From Rotaria socialis (Eukaryota): DNA of 39,671 nucleotides. The stretch's first letter is position 1, and each line of letters opens with the position of its first letter. Where the stretch lies: positions 1 through 39,671 of the forward strand of contig CAJNYD010000422.1 of NCBI GenBank assembly GCA_905331295.1, read 5' to 3'. The notes beneath the pieces were generated by a model. It worked only from the letters and a program-made list of their open reading frames with translations, searched no databases and was not told the origin of the DNA. Both the position numbers and the translations under genes were made by a program. Shown here in pieces: positions 12,284 to 25,349 of this stretch.

Positions 12284-12702
12284 CAAGGGGGGAAAGGCGG
12301 ATTTGGGATTTTGAAAATCCAAAAATCCAAAACGTGAATGATGTAATTTCCATCTGAATTTTTTTCCATATGTAAGTCTCATGATTCTTGGAATATTCTA
12401 AAATTTTCAGCGCAAACAGGCGTTTCCTTCTTAAGAAAATGAATGCGCAAGAAATACTCATTTCATGGCACGGTCAGAATATCCAGTTTTTTTTAAATTC
12501 AATATTTTAAGAAGGAAAAATTTATTCGAGTTGAAACTTTTAGGATCTTTTATGGACCATGAAACCTATATATGGGAAGAATTTCAGGTCGAAATCCCGT
12601 CATTCGCAGAGGGGAAAATGCTTTTCAATTTATGGGATTTTTTTTGATTTTCTTGGGACTTTTGGATTTTGAAAATCCCAAAAGTCCGCTTTTTCCCCCT
12701 TG
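12284..12702. mobile_element. MITE with 8-bp TSD (hAT- or P-like)
   Basis: TIRs CAAGGGGGGAAAGGCGGATTTGGGATTTTGAAAATCC ... GGATTTTGAAAATCCCAAAAGTCCGCTTTTTCCCCCTTG. The interior is also partly palindromic. Perfect TSD GTAGCAAT at 12276-12283 and 12703-12710. Confidence 0.92.
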
Positions 12703-13062
12703 GTAGCAATGCTACTTGTGTAGTGGGCTACTCATGGCTTGGAAAAATTCAGTTATATTTTGTTTATGCAATGATTGTGAGAATGTGAAAACAAACGTCA
12801 GCCGATTGTTATTGAAATGAAAATTCCCCACTGTTTAGATTCATTGGCAAACAGTTCTTAAAGTAAAAAAATTTCTTTGGAGTCTGCAATAGATATAGAT
12901 TAATAAAAACGTTGAACATTTAATAGAGAGTTCCGACAAGATGCAATGGATTTCTATCATTTGAATCTACCCCTCTGTGATATGATGAGCGTTTTTAGGG
13001 TGTGTGGGTGCGAATATGATTTTGGTTGAAACTGTTACCATGATTGCTACCATTCAAGTGCA

Positions 13063-13280
13063 GACTCTGAAAGAAAAAAAGGAGTTCTGCAAAACCTTTT
13101 AAGATTCTATCTGTTACCCAGATCCAGAGTCCCTTAAAAAGGATTCTGTACAAGAAAATAATGGGTTTTAGGAGGTTTTAGAACCTTTTTTGTTTCGTGC
13201 CAAACAATGTTTAAGGGGTTCTGGACTTTGGCGAAAGACAGAACCTTAAAAGGTTCTACGGAACTCCATTGTTTAGAGGG
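13063..13280. mobile_element. Degenerate CACTA/CMC-like MITE
   Basis: GACTCTGAAA..GGAGTTCTGCAAAACCTTTT vs AAAAGGTTCTACGGAACTCC..TTTAGAGGG. Recurrent GAACC/GGTTC motifs. Confidence 0.55.
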
Positions 13281-14063
13281 TAGAAGATACTGTCGCAGTG
13301 TTACAGAAGGTACATAAAATATCATGATGCAGGATGAATATAAAGCCACGCTGTCTTCTCTAGCCTAACTACATTAGAGTACATGTGCTGCTAACAACAT
13401 GTGTGCTGCTCGAGTCCCGTATAGGTATATGACGTTTCCATCTAGACTTTTTTCAGACGGGTGTGAGTGTTTATTAAATTTAGGTACATCCACATCCACA
13501 TTCACACCCACACCCCATCTTCATAATATGGTGATGTACTTTTTAGTATCACCGTTAAGACCGATGAAGCGGTTGAGTAAATTAGGAGCCAACGGTGATA
13601 GTCATTTTTTCCCGTTATTTAGATGTATTCCTGTAAAAATAGCCAGTGGTGTTAATTCACCGATCATCGCCGTAGTTTCCTCATATGCTATTGCCTTCAC
13701 CGTTAGTCTCATTCATTGTTTTATTCTTACCAGACATATAGATAGTTTTAGTTCTCGAAGAAAAACAATTACGCTGAAAGATTTTTCGAAATGTTGATTT
13801 TCACTATTATTAGCATTTACTGTTAGGCGTTTCGTCATTCTACATTTTCTCTGTACCGTTTTTCGCTGTTTTTTCGCCGAAAAAACGTTCACTACAAGGT
13901 TTTTCGTCAAACGGATGCCAGTTTACAGATTTCGTCCCTGGAATTTTCACTGAGCCAAGTGCCTATGATTCTATTTTACTATACTATTGATTCAATCTTT
14001 ACAAACTTAGGATGCACAATAAGGTCGCGCTAACTCAGTTGTATATGAAAGTTTTATATCTCT

Positions 14064-14288
14064 CATACCGCACAAACCAATCGAAAACCATCGGCTTGCC
14101 GCGGCTCATTTTTATAAAAATCGGTTACCCGTGGTCATGTAAGCAATTTTAGCAATACTACAGTGGAAAACCGACGATTAATCGGGTGCTTAACCATGGT
14201 TAACCGTCGGTTTTTACTCTGGGAAGTCGCTAAAATAGCTTGCATAACCGCGGTTAACCGATTTTTCTCGATCGGTTTGTGCGACATG
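14064..14288. mobile_element. Palindromic MITE rich in AACCG/CGGTT
   Basis: CATACCGCACAAACCAATCGA ... TCGATCGGTTTGTGCGACATG. The arms remain imperfectly complementary inward. Motif content is similar to 37801-38134. Confidence 0.7.
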
Positions 14289-14301
14289 TATATGTCTGTT
14301 A

Positions 14302-14691
14302 CACTCTTTAAAAAGGTGTAATTTTACCGAACCCTCCAAACAGGTTTCGTAGTCGTCTGAAAGTTTCCAATTGGATTCAAAGACTTGAAAAAACGATTGT
14401 TAGAATCTACGAAACCTTAAAAGGACCTGATCGCGAGTGCACGGCCCGGAAAATGTCCTACGAAACGTTTTTTCAGTTCTGTGCAGGAAAAAACGATTTC
14501 GTAAGAAAATACAAAACCTATATAATTTCGCACTATGGTTTTATACGAAACCAAAAGGTTCACTAGGAAACTATAAAGGTTTCGTAGATTCTAACAATCG
14601 TTTTTTCAAGCCTTTGAACGCATTTGGAAGCTTTCAGACAGCTACGAAACCTGTTTGGAGGGTTCGGTAAAATTACACTTTTTTTAGGGTG
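14302..14691. mobile_element. CACTA/CMC-like MITE with ~115-bp TIRs
   Basis: CACTCTTTAAAAAGGTGTAATTTTACCGAACCCTCCAAACAGGTTTCGTAG... and ...CTACGAAACCTGTTTGGAGGGTTCGGTAAAATTACACTTTTTTTAGGGTG. Repeated TACGAAAC motif. Lies ~200 bp upstream of the caspase-like ATG. Confidence 0.85.
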
Positions 14692-14898
14692 CGCCTACCT
14701 GAATATATTGATAGAGACAGTTTCGATAGTACCCAATGCACCACACATATCGAAATCTATTATATCGTGAGAAGAACAATACTTTTTTTCAAATTTCGAA
14801 TCGTAATAAAAATTACAGCTGCATTTATTTAGATAAATGAGTGATGACTGGAGTATGCAAACTCAAAATTAAAGTATCTACATTAGTTTTTAGATTGA

Positions 14899-15616
14899 AT
14901 GACGTCGAATATTCCCCATCAGCGTAAGCGAGCGCTAATTGTTGGTATTAACAAATATCCACGGAATCCATTGGACTATTGTTTAAATGATGCGGAAGAT
15001 CTCAGTAAAGCTCTTCAACGCATTGAATTTGATGTATCATTGGGGACTAACTGCAATCGAAAAGAATTTCTTGATTTGATTGAGTCATTTGTTCAAGTGA
15101 TTCAACGTAATGATTTAATATTATTTTATTTTGCCGGTCATGGTAGACAGAATCAGGATCAGAATTATTTAATTTTATCTGACTACAATTATGATTTCAG
15201 TACGACTGAGGAAAATTACATTGTAGAACACTGTGTTAATGTGCAGTACATAATGAAGAAAATCTACGACAAACGCTGTCGTGTATCCATATTTCTCTTT
15301 GATTGTTGCAGAAACTATGTGAGAACTCGAGCAATGGACATGAAGCAAGGTTTATCGCCTATGTGTGCTCGATCCGAAACACTTATAGCATATTCTTGCG
15401 CTCCAGGTGAAGCAGCGCTTGATGAAACCAAAAATGCAAGAAATGGTATTTTCATGCAAAACTTGCTGAAACACATCGAAATTCCTAATGAAGATTTTGA
15501 ACAAGTATTAAAAAGCGTTGCTCGAGACGTGAAAGCGCAAACTGATGGCTTTCAGCTGCCTTATCGAACTAGCTCTTTGACTGAACTAGTATACTTGGTA
15601 CCACATCTTGTTCAAG
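14899..15616 (+). CDS. Caspase-family (peptidase C14, bacterial orthocaspase/paracaspase-like) protein, probable first exon
   Basis: Motifs KRALIVGINKY, NDAEDL, LFYFAGHG (catalytic His), NYL, FLFDCCR (catalytic Cys), LIAYSCAPG, NGIF, QLPY. Likely donor AG|GTCAGA at 15617. The ORF reads on to 15693 if unspliced. Downstream exons were not identified and a gap follows. Confidence 0.9.
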
Positions 15617-15735
15617 GTCAGACATATTTCTCTACAGCTTTTCCATTTTTTGTGAAACACGATCTGAAAGGAGTGTTGAAGTATATAGGGTAGAAATTTG
15701 GACCCCCCCCCCCCCGCCCCGGCACAGAAATAAAA

Positions 15736-15829
15736 NNNNNNNNNNNNNNNNNNNNNNNNNNNNNNNNNNNNNNNNNNNNNNNNNNNNNNNNNNNNNNNNN
15801 NNNNNNNNNNNNNNNNNNNNNNNNNNNNN
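15736..15829. other. Assembly gap (N run)
   Basis: Run of N, with a poly-C tract to the left and a tandem repeat to the right. Confidence 0.99.
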
Positions 15830-15891
15830 GAATTCTCTGTCCCTGTCTGTGATGGCCTCTGAATTCTCTGTCCCTGTCTGTGATGGTTTCT
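15830..15891 (+). repeat. 31-bp tandem repeat (2 visible copies, probably continuing into the gap)
   Basis: GAATTCTCTGTCCCTGTCTGTGATGG(CC/TT)TCT x2. Degenerate reverse-oriented units follow at ~15912-15970. Confidence 0.85.
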
Positions 15892-16074
15892 AGAGAGTCC
15901 ATACATCATAATACAGACTGTAATAGAGAAGCTCCAGAGGCTACCAGTGACAGTAATAGAGGAATTCCAGAAAAGAAGTTTCATCGTGTTTCACACTTTT
16001 AATCCCAAAGGGATTGCGTTAACAGCTTTTTCATTTATGGAGTAAAGCGGAAAATATGCTATCTCGAAGAAAAT

Positions 16075-16282
16075 ATAACCTCTCACATGTATAGAACGCA
16101 AACGGCAAACAGTCCCACTGATTTTATGTGACAGAGCTAAGAAAAAGAGATATTTATGAGACTCACATCCACACCTACCGTTATCCAGGCAGATATCTTA
16201 ACCAGTTGAACTAGGCGAACACCTTNNTCGGCGAACACCTTTAATCTTCTTTTAGCGTGAGACCAATCCACCATTGACGCTA
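16075..16282 (-). repeat. tRNA-derived (SINE-like) repeat, copy 1
   Basis: Aligns by eye with 23420-23613 (TGAGACTC..CCACACCT.CCG.TATCCAG...TAACCAGTT...TTAATCTT..TTTAGCGT...ACGCTA). Contains NN with a short junction duplication. Confidence 0.7.
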
Positions 16283-19200
16283 TCAGAAAAAAATTTAAAA
16301 TTTGAAGTTTTCATTCTGCAAAGCAATGTGAAGGTGGCAAAAAAGTCAAACTAATACGAAGCATCTTTCTTGAGCGATACGATCGTTCAACATAGATAAG
16401 TTTTTGGTATACGAGCTTTGTTAATCAACCATATATTTCCAAAGCACACTAAAAACAGTATCTTTGCACGAAATGTGGCAATGTTTGTGTTTTAAGAGAA
16501 GCTCCAATATCTGTATGGATCTCGTGGAAGGAAGGTTTGACATTCTGAAAGAGACTAGGAGTTAGTATGGCTGACTAAAGAGCTCTGCATAGCAACCGCA
16601 TTCGAATCACGGCGCAATTTTTGCAGTGCAACTATGTCCAACCACTGTTGTACAGTGAATTCACGCGATAGTTCGTTCTGAGTACCTGGTGTTTCTCATT
16701 CAATGTCCGTGCAAAGATTTTATAGGCTGTACCCTACTAGGAAACTTCTGGTTCCAATTAACTTTGGACAATCTTTAGATCCAGACAGGTTCTTTTAGCA
16801 GCTATTAAAATACTTCCTATGAAAACAGAATTCTCTAGATTGCTCTAGAATATATTTCGAGTGTTTTTATAAGATTATGAGTTGAAAAAGTGGAAATTAC
16901 ATGAGAAAGTAATGCTGTTGTTGATTAGTATATCTAAAATGACTCAATTTATTTCAAAATATTAATGCTTTTCTTAAACAGATCTGAATTCCTAACAACT
17001 TTTCGAGAAAAATCCGGGTAAGTTTTCATGAAGAAGCTAGTTCTTTCCTAGCAACCTATTCGTTGAGTAAAAATACTTTTAAAACGTTAGCTGATATCTT
17101 AAATAATTATTTGAAAATTTAAAATATATTTATCAAACATATATCGTAAATTAAATACTAGTAAATAGTCACTACAAATATGCAATATCATGAAGTATTA
17201 TAATATATGGAAAAAGTTCGCATCATGTTTCCTACCGTTGTATTATTGCAACCGTTTGAGCAATTTCATTTTTGTCGAAACGTAATCTTTCTCTCCTTGT
17301 TTTACGCATCTTTTAATTTTCATCTAAATTTTCCCGCCTATTGATTTTCTGACCATTCATTGCCTATCTTTTTTATGGAAGCGTATGTTCTGTGTGTGAA
17401 GCGGACGAACTGCTGTGTGAAGAAACTATATAAAGCGAACACCACTCTCACTGTTGCACGAATATCTTTCTCATCGATTTCGTTGCAGAAAAAGTTTTGG
17501 TTTTGTAATTTTGAATGTATAAAAAAAGCATATCTGAAATTCATGAATGATATTCTCACATCTATATCCATCTTACCACGCGAGTTGGAACCGTTGTTTT
17601 TACATTATAAGTGCACTTTTAAATACTCTTTAAAATGATGCGAGCTTTTTTTCATATCTAATCAGGCTGCTATTTCTTCCATTTTTCATTACAGAGGATC
17701 TACCAATATGTAACTTAGTAAGCAGCTGAGGTCACCATTACAGATCATAGCAATCAGCTAAAGCTACCATTACAGGTATTAGCAGCCAGTGTCGATCACT
17801 GTCAGAGACATCAACAAGATATATTTGAGTTCCATACTTTAGCTCCAAAATGGCTGTGCTAAGTTTTTTGAGAAACACTTACTGATGTGTTCGAAAGTTG
17901 AAGCAACCTTATGAAATTTTGCCAGACTTTCAATAAATATACACTATAAATCTATTTTTATGGTAACAGATTTTCAGATTTGCCGAACAGAGAATCATTA
18001 AAATAACTAGAGAATGTTTCAAATGAAAAACATCACAAGATTTATCATTTTTATCTTTTATGATAATATTGTGGCTCCTGATAGCATGCAGACGACAGAT
18101 ACAACAGCTACTTTAGATTATTCCTCAAATGAGTCTGTTAACTATAGATCGATGATATGTCAACACATAACCATTAGTTGTTCCAAACAGCCTCAAATAG
18201 TGGGTTGGTATTAAAGAAATTGTATGAAATTATGATGTTTTGCAATTATGCTTGATTGACTATGATGAACAACCAGCTTCACTCTTCAAAAGAACTTTGT
18301 TGAAAACTCTAGTTTTTCCTCAATGCTCATTTCTGAATAATGATCTAAACTATAGATGATTAGAAAAGTTGAAATTTTCACCACAATTAATTTGAAGAAT
18401 GTGATTATTTAATCATCATGACGACTCTCGAATAAATTTGAAACAATATTTTCATAGATTTACATGAATATCATTGCCATTTTTCAGGCTATTTTAAAGT
18501 CTCAATGGACACTCTTAATTGCGCCATCGATAAAATATTTTTACAAGTTAAGCGGCAAAGCTGCTCAACGTAGATGGAGTTCACTGTTTTCATATTTTAT
18601 CGATAACGTAATCTCTTTTTATCTATCTGAAGTGAAAACAGTGAATTCTACTGTTCCGTATAAACCTAGTCTATGGATGAAACATCACGTAATGAGTCGA
18701 GAAGGTTCTGCACAGCCGGTTTATGCTGATTTTTTTATATTCCCAAGTTCTTAATTAAGCAGAAAAGATTTCACTATTATGATCAAGTACTTTTTAGGTA
18801 ATACATCGACACACTTGTGCAACACTGCGTCTTCGGCGTCAAGCATGGCCAGAACTCGCTCAATCTCGAAACCAAGAACAACTGGGAGCTCTTCAGCTGT
18901 AAATTTTCCAAGTGAATATCTTTGGTAACGAGCACTCAGAAAATAGAATCTCCCCTTGAAAGCCATATCATTTTTATTGTTACTTCACATTTTATTGTAC
19001 AAAACAGCAGGTTAATTAATATCATGGAACCGGTAATCCAAAAACTAAAATACGACGAAATGCGTCGAGCCTGCCTGGTTTTCAGTACGCCAGGGATCCG
19101 CCTAGTAGAAAAATTACCTATAATTTTTACTTCGTCACAGTAAATCGAACTTTTCTGAAATAGTCATACCTTCTAAAAATTTCTTAGAGAAAATTTTATG

Positions 19201-22200
19201 TAAAATGCTTCCAGTTTGTGTTTTCTTCAATTTCAAAACGTGCAGGTCGATAGATTTTCAACCATTTGTTCTCAAAGTCAAAATTTAACACTTTTTATAT
19301 TCACTATCATGTGTTGTCTATCACATGACGCAGAATCATCTAACCAAGCTTTAGCCTTTGACAAGTAATGAACTTAACATATTTTATTCAACTGTCTTTA
19401 AAAAGACACCTATCTCAAAAGTATTTGGCAATCAGTGAAACGAGCTTGTGCGTAAAAGTGGTATGTTTGTAAGAGAGTCTTTCTATTAACATGAATGCGT
19501 TAAATTAGTAAAAATATGAATAAGCAACATTGGTTTCAACGGTTGTCTCACAGATACCTACTTCATTATTTCCAAGAAAAATCTCAATATTCTACGAAAC
19601 ATACTGCGGCGATTCCGATAGTGACAGCGCTGGATATATGATGCAGAGGGCTCAACTCATCCAGAATGTTTTTAACTTTTTGCTAAAGGTGATTTAGATT
19701 AAGATTCAGTCTTCTGACCGAAAATTCAGACGCCGCTACGTGCTAATTGGCATCTGAAAACTATAGATCCCGTATGACCCGAGTCATCGCAAGATTTCGT
19801 AATTATTGAATTTCAAGGGTGTTGTACTGGAGATACAATTATCGTGAAATTAAGACTGTTTTAATTCATTTTTCGAAAAGTAAATTTTGTACCCTCTTTT
19901 AAACTCTTTGATAGGCTTCTTATACTTTTGAAGTTTCTTCAGCTGTAGTAGCACATAATTTGTACTGCAGATATATTCTGGATATAAAATGTTTGCACAG
20001 TGAAAAGACGTTTTCTGGTTATGCATTCTGTTCAGGAAAACGGAAAACCGAGTCAGAAACAGTAATTAAAACAGCTCATTTTCTAATATATTAAAAATTG
20101 CATCTTTTCCAGCTTTGTTACGCTTGAATTTGCAATTTTAACATCAAAAATCAATTAGTTAGCAACGCTGATACTATAAATGGCAGGTAAAATGTTTAAG
20201 TAATCGATTTTACTTGAGAAAAATAAAACTACTGAAAGTCGGTGAATGCAAAGAATTTTAGTCATATTACATATTTTTGAATATATAAATAGCTTGAGGA
20301 ATTCAATTCAACTAAAAACCTGAACTGATTATTACTTCATCTAACTTCATTAAGTATAATTTGTTAATAAAGTGGATTTTCCTTACTTTCTTATCACACA
20401 AGAAGTTGTGTTTACTTTGCTTCTATGAATTTTCATTAGCTTTGTGCGATTATGTTGAAACTATTGTTAGTTGAATAAAGGGTATTTTTCTAGAGATAAA
20501 ATAGTGTTTCAACTAATGATTTATAGGCTAATGTTATCTAGTTTTGGACAATGCGAGCGACTTTTTCATCTGCAACATTGATACATTGTTGGAATTGGGT
20601 GAAAAACAAAGCTAGATTAACAAGGGATATAACTAAATCAGAAAATATTTAACAGAATTTTTCCAAAATTGTTCGCGTTATGGACGAGTGATGGACTGAA
20701 AATGAGGTTTTCGATTTTCTTTAAAGTAATAAATAGTTGTATTATTACTTAGATTCACAAGACTCCGCAATTAAAAAGAATAACTCTTTGCGAAATCAAA
20801 TCAAGGTTGATTTTGAGAAAAACTCTGTTTTTGTGCTATCTGTTTGGTGTTAATAGCTGATGGGTTTTGCTAGAACTAAAACAAGATTGATGAACACTGA
20901 ATTTGTTAAGATTATTCATCAGTAAAATTATCTTAATTAAACTCATCAATTTCGACGATGCATTCCAATACAAATAAAATAGGTGAATGGAGTACTGGTG
21001 GCAATTCGTGTACCAACTGTTGTCTATATTCAGTAACCTTATCAATGCAATCAACACATGAAAAAGCCATCATTACTTGAAAAGATGTCATTACACGAAG
21101 AGGTTCGTAATAAATGTCGTTACTAATGTTTGCACATAATGTAGTTTTTCATGAATTCGGTAACAAAACTCTTTTGATTTAAATGTTCAAAAGAAGCGGA
21201 ACAAAGACCTGATTACTGTAATTCATGCTATGACGTGATTTCCTATATACTTATCAAAGTAAGGATTCACTCTGGACTGGACATAATAGGTGAACAAATA
21301 AATTGGATTCATGATGGCCATGAATGGGTAACAGTCATTCAGTTATGATTGTCTTCAATTAGTCTAGAAAGCCAGCCCTTAACTTTAATGGGAGCAACAT
21401 TATGAACAGAATCACCGTGAATCATATTCAGAGTTCATATGATTCTTCATCAATGTATTAAAGCGCATATTGCTTCGAACTGAACAATAAAAATGAACAG
21501 GACATTGCTGATAAATATCCATTTTCGATGTAGATTTTTTCTTACTTTTGATTTACAGAACATGGCTGGGCGTGAGTGAAAAATCAGAAGGTACCTTTTC
21601 AAATAATGATGATTCATGTTACCATGCAGTCTTTAAAATGATAACTATGATCAACCAGTGACTTCGACGTCACTAAATTCAGGCACAGAACTATGCTGCT
21701 TGCCATTATACGAACTCATTGATCATGTGATTTCTAGCCGCGTCAGCAGATGTGAAGTATTTGCTTTGAAGCAAGTAAATTTTTTGAATAGAATGTTCTT
21801 GATCAGAATTCGCTTATTTTGTGATCATGAACAAAGCAAATTTGTCGAAATTTTCTTCGTAACTAGAAACATAGACGAACACTATCCTGAAATGGGACAA
21901 TATGTTCGTATGGAAGGTACCCGTTGATCGTTATATTAACTCACTAATTTTGCTCGCAAGTGAGTGAATAGATTCATCAGATGCTCATTTGAAAGATTTA
22001 TTTTTCATGTAACATTCGATCAAGTAATAAATTTGAAATATATCTTCAAAAACAAGCGGATAATGTAACCGGCTACTCTTGACAAAATGTTTTTAATTAT
22101 GTAATCTTTCAATGAATAGCATTACAATAAAACACTGCTACTATATGAAAAAATATAACTGAACAGATCCTTCTTGATAGGAATCCATGTGCTATATAGT

Positions 22201-23419
22201 ATTTTAGAGGCTTCAAAATAATAAGCATTTCTTTAAAAGTTTATGAAATATGAAATCAGGACTTTAATTAAAAGTATTGATTTATCATATAATTACTGCT
22301 CCGATTATCAAAATCGAAATTTCATTCAGAAATACAAGAAAATACGTGAAAATATGTTTCCTAAAAACAATCTATTTACTATGTGAGTTTCGTTTAGAAG
22401 ATCTAAATGACAACATTAAGTAATAGCAACAAAATAGTCGAGCAAACTGTGGTACAACGAGTTCATGCATCATGAAATTTTCATTCAGAAAAACAACTGA
22501 AAATCTCTGTCTTAAAGTAAAAATAATAGATAAACGCAGCAATGGTTATTAAGATTCACTTGCAGAACAATATATAATGAATTGATCGACTCTAGGCCTT
22601 ATTTGCGAAGAAACAAAAATTGCTGAATCAAACTGTCTTAAAATATATTCATACGATACGCAACATATGATTGACCAATCTATTCAAGACATTTGATTAA
22701 AATTATGTAAAATCAGGGAACAGAGGGTTCAATATTTGTGCACATGCTATAAATAAAAAACATACTCGAAAACGATGTTTAGCTAGCATTTTTCAGCATT
22801 ATCTTTTGTACGAAAGCAATCCACAGAAGATACACAGCACGAAGACAAGTGTACATACGTAAAAAGGCTACTTTTAGGTCTTCCTTTTATAAAAGAATGA
22901 AATGTGAATAAGCGAGGCATGAAGTCGTCTCCAATGATCAATTTTATCGGAAGATAAATGGGAGTGCATATGAAAATGTCATTGTGAGTGATACGAATAA
23001 AAATAACACTGAACTAACAATCACATTGCTGAGAAAGATCGAAAAGATTAAAGAACCAGTTAATTCCAACTCGAATCGTACTCAATAATAGTCAATATAA
23101 AAAACTATCATCGGTGCATCTGCACATTGTAGTTTGCATTGAATTCATACTAGTATATAATTTTAAGGATGCAGCTGGCATTTTGAATTCCACGGAATAT
23201 GGCAATACTTCATAAAATTATATATAACGTTACCTAATAAAACTAGCCCATGTCGTCGATGAAGTTGTGAAATATTTTCCGTATGTAACCTTACCAAAAT
23301 ATTCTAGCGTTGCCAATCCTGACTCTCAAGCTGACATGTGTTGCGACTAACATATGTTGTGCTTGATAAAAAAATGTCATCCTATATCGAATAGCCCCGT
23401 TTAAGATGCAAGCCATCTG

Positions 23420-23613
23420 TAAATTCTCATATGTATAGAGCATAAAGGACAAGCAGTGCCACTCATGGTATGTGGCGGGACGAAGGAAAGTGATCCTCGT
23501 GAGACTCGAGCCCACACCTTCCGCTATCCAGATACGTAGATGTCCTAACCAGTTAGAGTAGAACAACATCTTAATCTTCCTTTAGCGTCAGTATGTTTCA
23601 TCACTGGCGCTAA
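23420..23613 (-). repeat. tRNA-derived (SINE-like) repeat, copy 2
   Basis: Minus strand 23570-23490 has an A-box-like TACTCTAACTGGTTAGGAC and a B-box/T-arm-like GTGGGCTCGAGTCTCAC. The acceptor stem is degenerate, so this is not a functional tRNA. Confidence 0.72.
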
Positions 23614-24600
23614 TACCATCGGAAACAAAATAGGATTTACTCGAGAAGCATTAATTTTCCTCCTTTCGACTCATGATGCAACAAAAGTATTTCAAACTAG
23701 GACATGCTTTTGCCATCTGTGCTAGTTTACTAACTGGTGGTCCCATACCGATTTTTTTTCTACCTAAGGGTGTTACTTTCAAAGGGTTTCATTGGGCAAC
23801 AAATGAGGACTCATACAAAACACTGAGCTTTATGTCGTGTATCAGCAGTAATTCTAGCCCGTATTTGTTCTCTTAATGTTGTTGGATATCCAAACAGTTG
23901 TTACAGGCGTAAATTTTCACTTTTACCGAATGACGTCATTTTGGATAGATACCAACAGGCTAAACTGCTGGGTGTGTCCTTGAATGTGCATGTGCACTCT
24001 AAATAAAATCCGTTTTCTGGGAAACGAATAGGAGGTTTCCGGGTTTGTCACTATATGAAATCCTTTATAAGTTTCCGTGAAAGGGTTTCCGAGCATTCGG
24101 GAACCTTTTAACCGTTTTCCACGGCTACAAACCAGCAAACAATTCACATAAGTATCCGGCATTGCGAAATTCGTTTTTCGCTATGAATAGTATTATAACA
24201 ACAGACATTTAAGGGTTCTCAAATCCACCGGAGTCACGAAATCTCCATGAATCTAAAAGCTCAAAGTCCTCACTTGCGGCTTACGCAGAACAGCTTCATA
24301 CCCATCAATGCTATTGTCTTCCAATTAAGGCATCCGATGCCTGTTCGAACCCTATAGTACCGCACTCTCATTATCAATAAAAGTCAGGATGGTTGCGAAA
24401 GTCAGAGTCTTTAAACCCTGAACTCCCGCAGTCAGTGTTGAAATCAGTCTAAGTCTCAAATCATCCAATATTTTAATATCAGAAAGTTATAAACTCTCTA
24501 AGTTCTCCTAAGTCAAACGTCTGCGATCAGTCGAGATCTGAGAATATAGTACTTCGTCAGAATTCATATCATAAATCAAAATAGAAAAAAACAATACATA

Positions 24601-24746
24601 CACTCTAAAAAAATTGGGCATCTGTTACTATCGGAAACTCTTTTAGAATTTCTGAGCAATTTAAAAACCCTTTTCTAGGTTTTCGAGCTGTTCGGGAACC
24701 CTAAAAAAGTTTCCGATAGTAACAAATACTCAATTTTTTTAGAGTG
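24601..24746. mobile_element. Small CACTA/CMC-like MITE nested in the 2.9-kb element
   Basis: TA|CACTCTAAAAAAATTG.G.AT.TGTTACTATCGGAAACT ... AGTTTCCGATAGTAACAAATACTCAATTTTTTTAGAGTG|TA. Confidence 0.9.
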
Positions 24747-25253
24747 TATAGTTGAGCAAAATAAACTCACCATATTATAAATCATTTCATAAACCTAAAT
24801 GGAAAAAAAATACGTATAATTGAATAAAACAAACTCACCATTTCGTCTTGTATTCGGAAATTTAAACGCAGAAAAAAAAATATTTTATTGAAGAAAATAA
24901 ACTGAATATATTATAGTTCTTTTCATGAATTTCCATGAAGAAAAATATATTATGAAACAAAATGAACATAAAAATCTCTACTTGAGATATTTAGAAATAT
25001 TTCTATTTCAGAATAAAAATAAGATAAAAATTGGTAATTTATGTATAATATTTCAGCTGCCCTCAGAAATCATAAAACAAAATTCAATTGCAATGTATGA
25101 ATACTAAAATATTTGAAACATGTGTTTCAATAGACGATGCTAATTAAAAACTTATTTTTTAACAGTAAGGATTGAAGATGAAGGAATAAAAAGGTAAAAA
25201 ATGGTGATCATCTTGTCATAGTATAACTTCGGTGGGCAATTTAAGCAGCTTAC

Positions 25254-25349
25254 TTTTTAAATCATTAACTATATCGGTATTCGAATTAAACTTATGTAGC
25301 CAAACTGAAACATCATCTACATTCCACATTAGTGGATCAAAGTATTCAT
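25254..25349 (-). pseudogene. Isolated exon encoding the start of a SAM (sterile alpha motif)-like domain
   Basis: A 96-nt exon bounded by TATAG| and |GTAAG translates EYFDPLMWNVDDVSVWLHKFNSNTDIVNDLK, matching the WxxDDVxxWL helix-1 motif. Confidence 0.55.

Noticed and set aside
13399..13940. 132-aa ORF and a possible degenerate element
   Set aside because: The ORF spans repeat-like sequence, and I could not pair termini for the element.
15830..15970. 31-bp repeats as a CRISPR array
   Set aside because: The units are directly adjacent with no spacers, there are no cas genes, and the context is eukaryotic.
16330..16860. Candidate downstream exons of the caspase-like gene
   Set aside because: There are stops in all frames and no recognisable domain.
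17722..17818. Three degenerate ~32-bp tandem units
   Set aside because: Too diverged to assign any function.
18751..18966. Protein-like 71-aa ORF (AEELPVVLGFEIERVLAMLDAED)
   Set aside because: No recognisable family or exon chain.
23490..23570. Functional tRNA gene
   Set aside because: The acceptor and anticodon stems pair poorly, and the sequence is part of a longer repeated unit.
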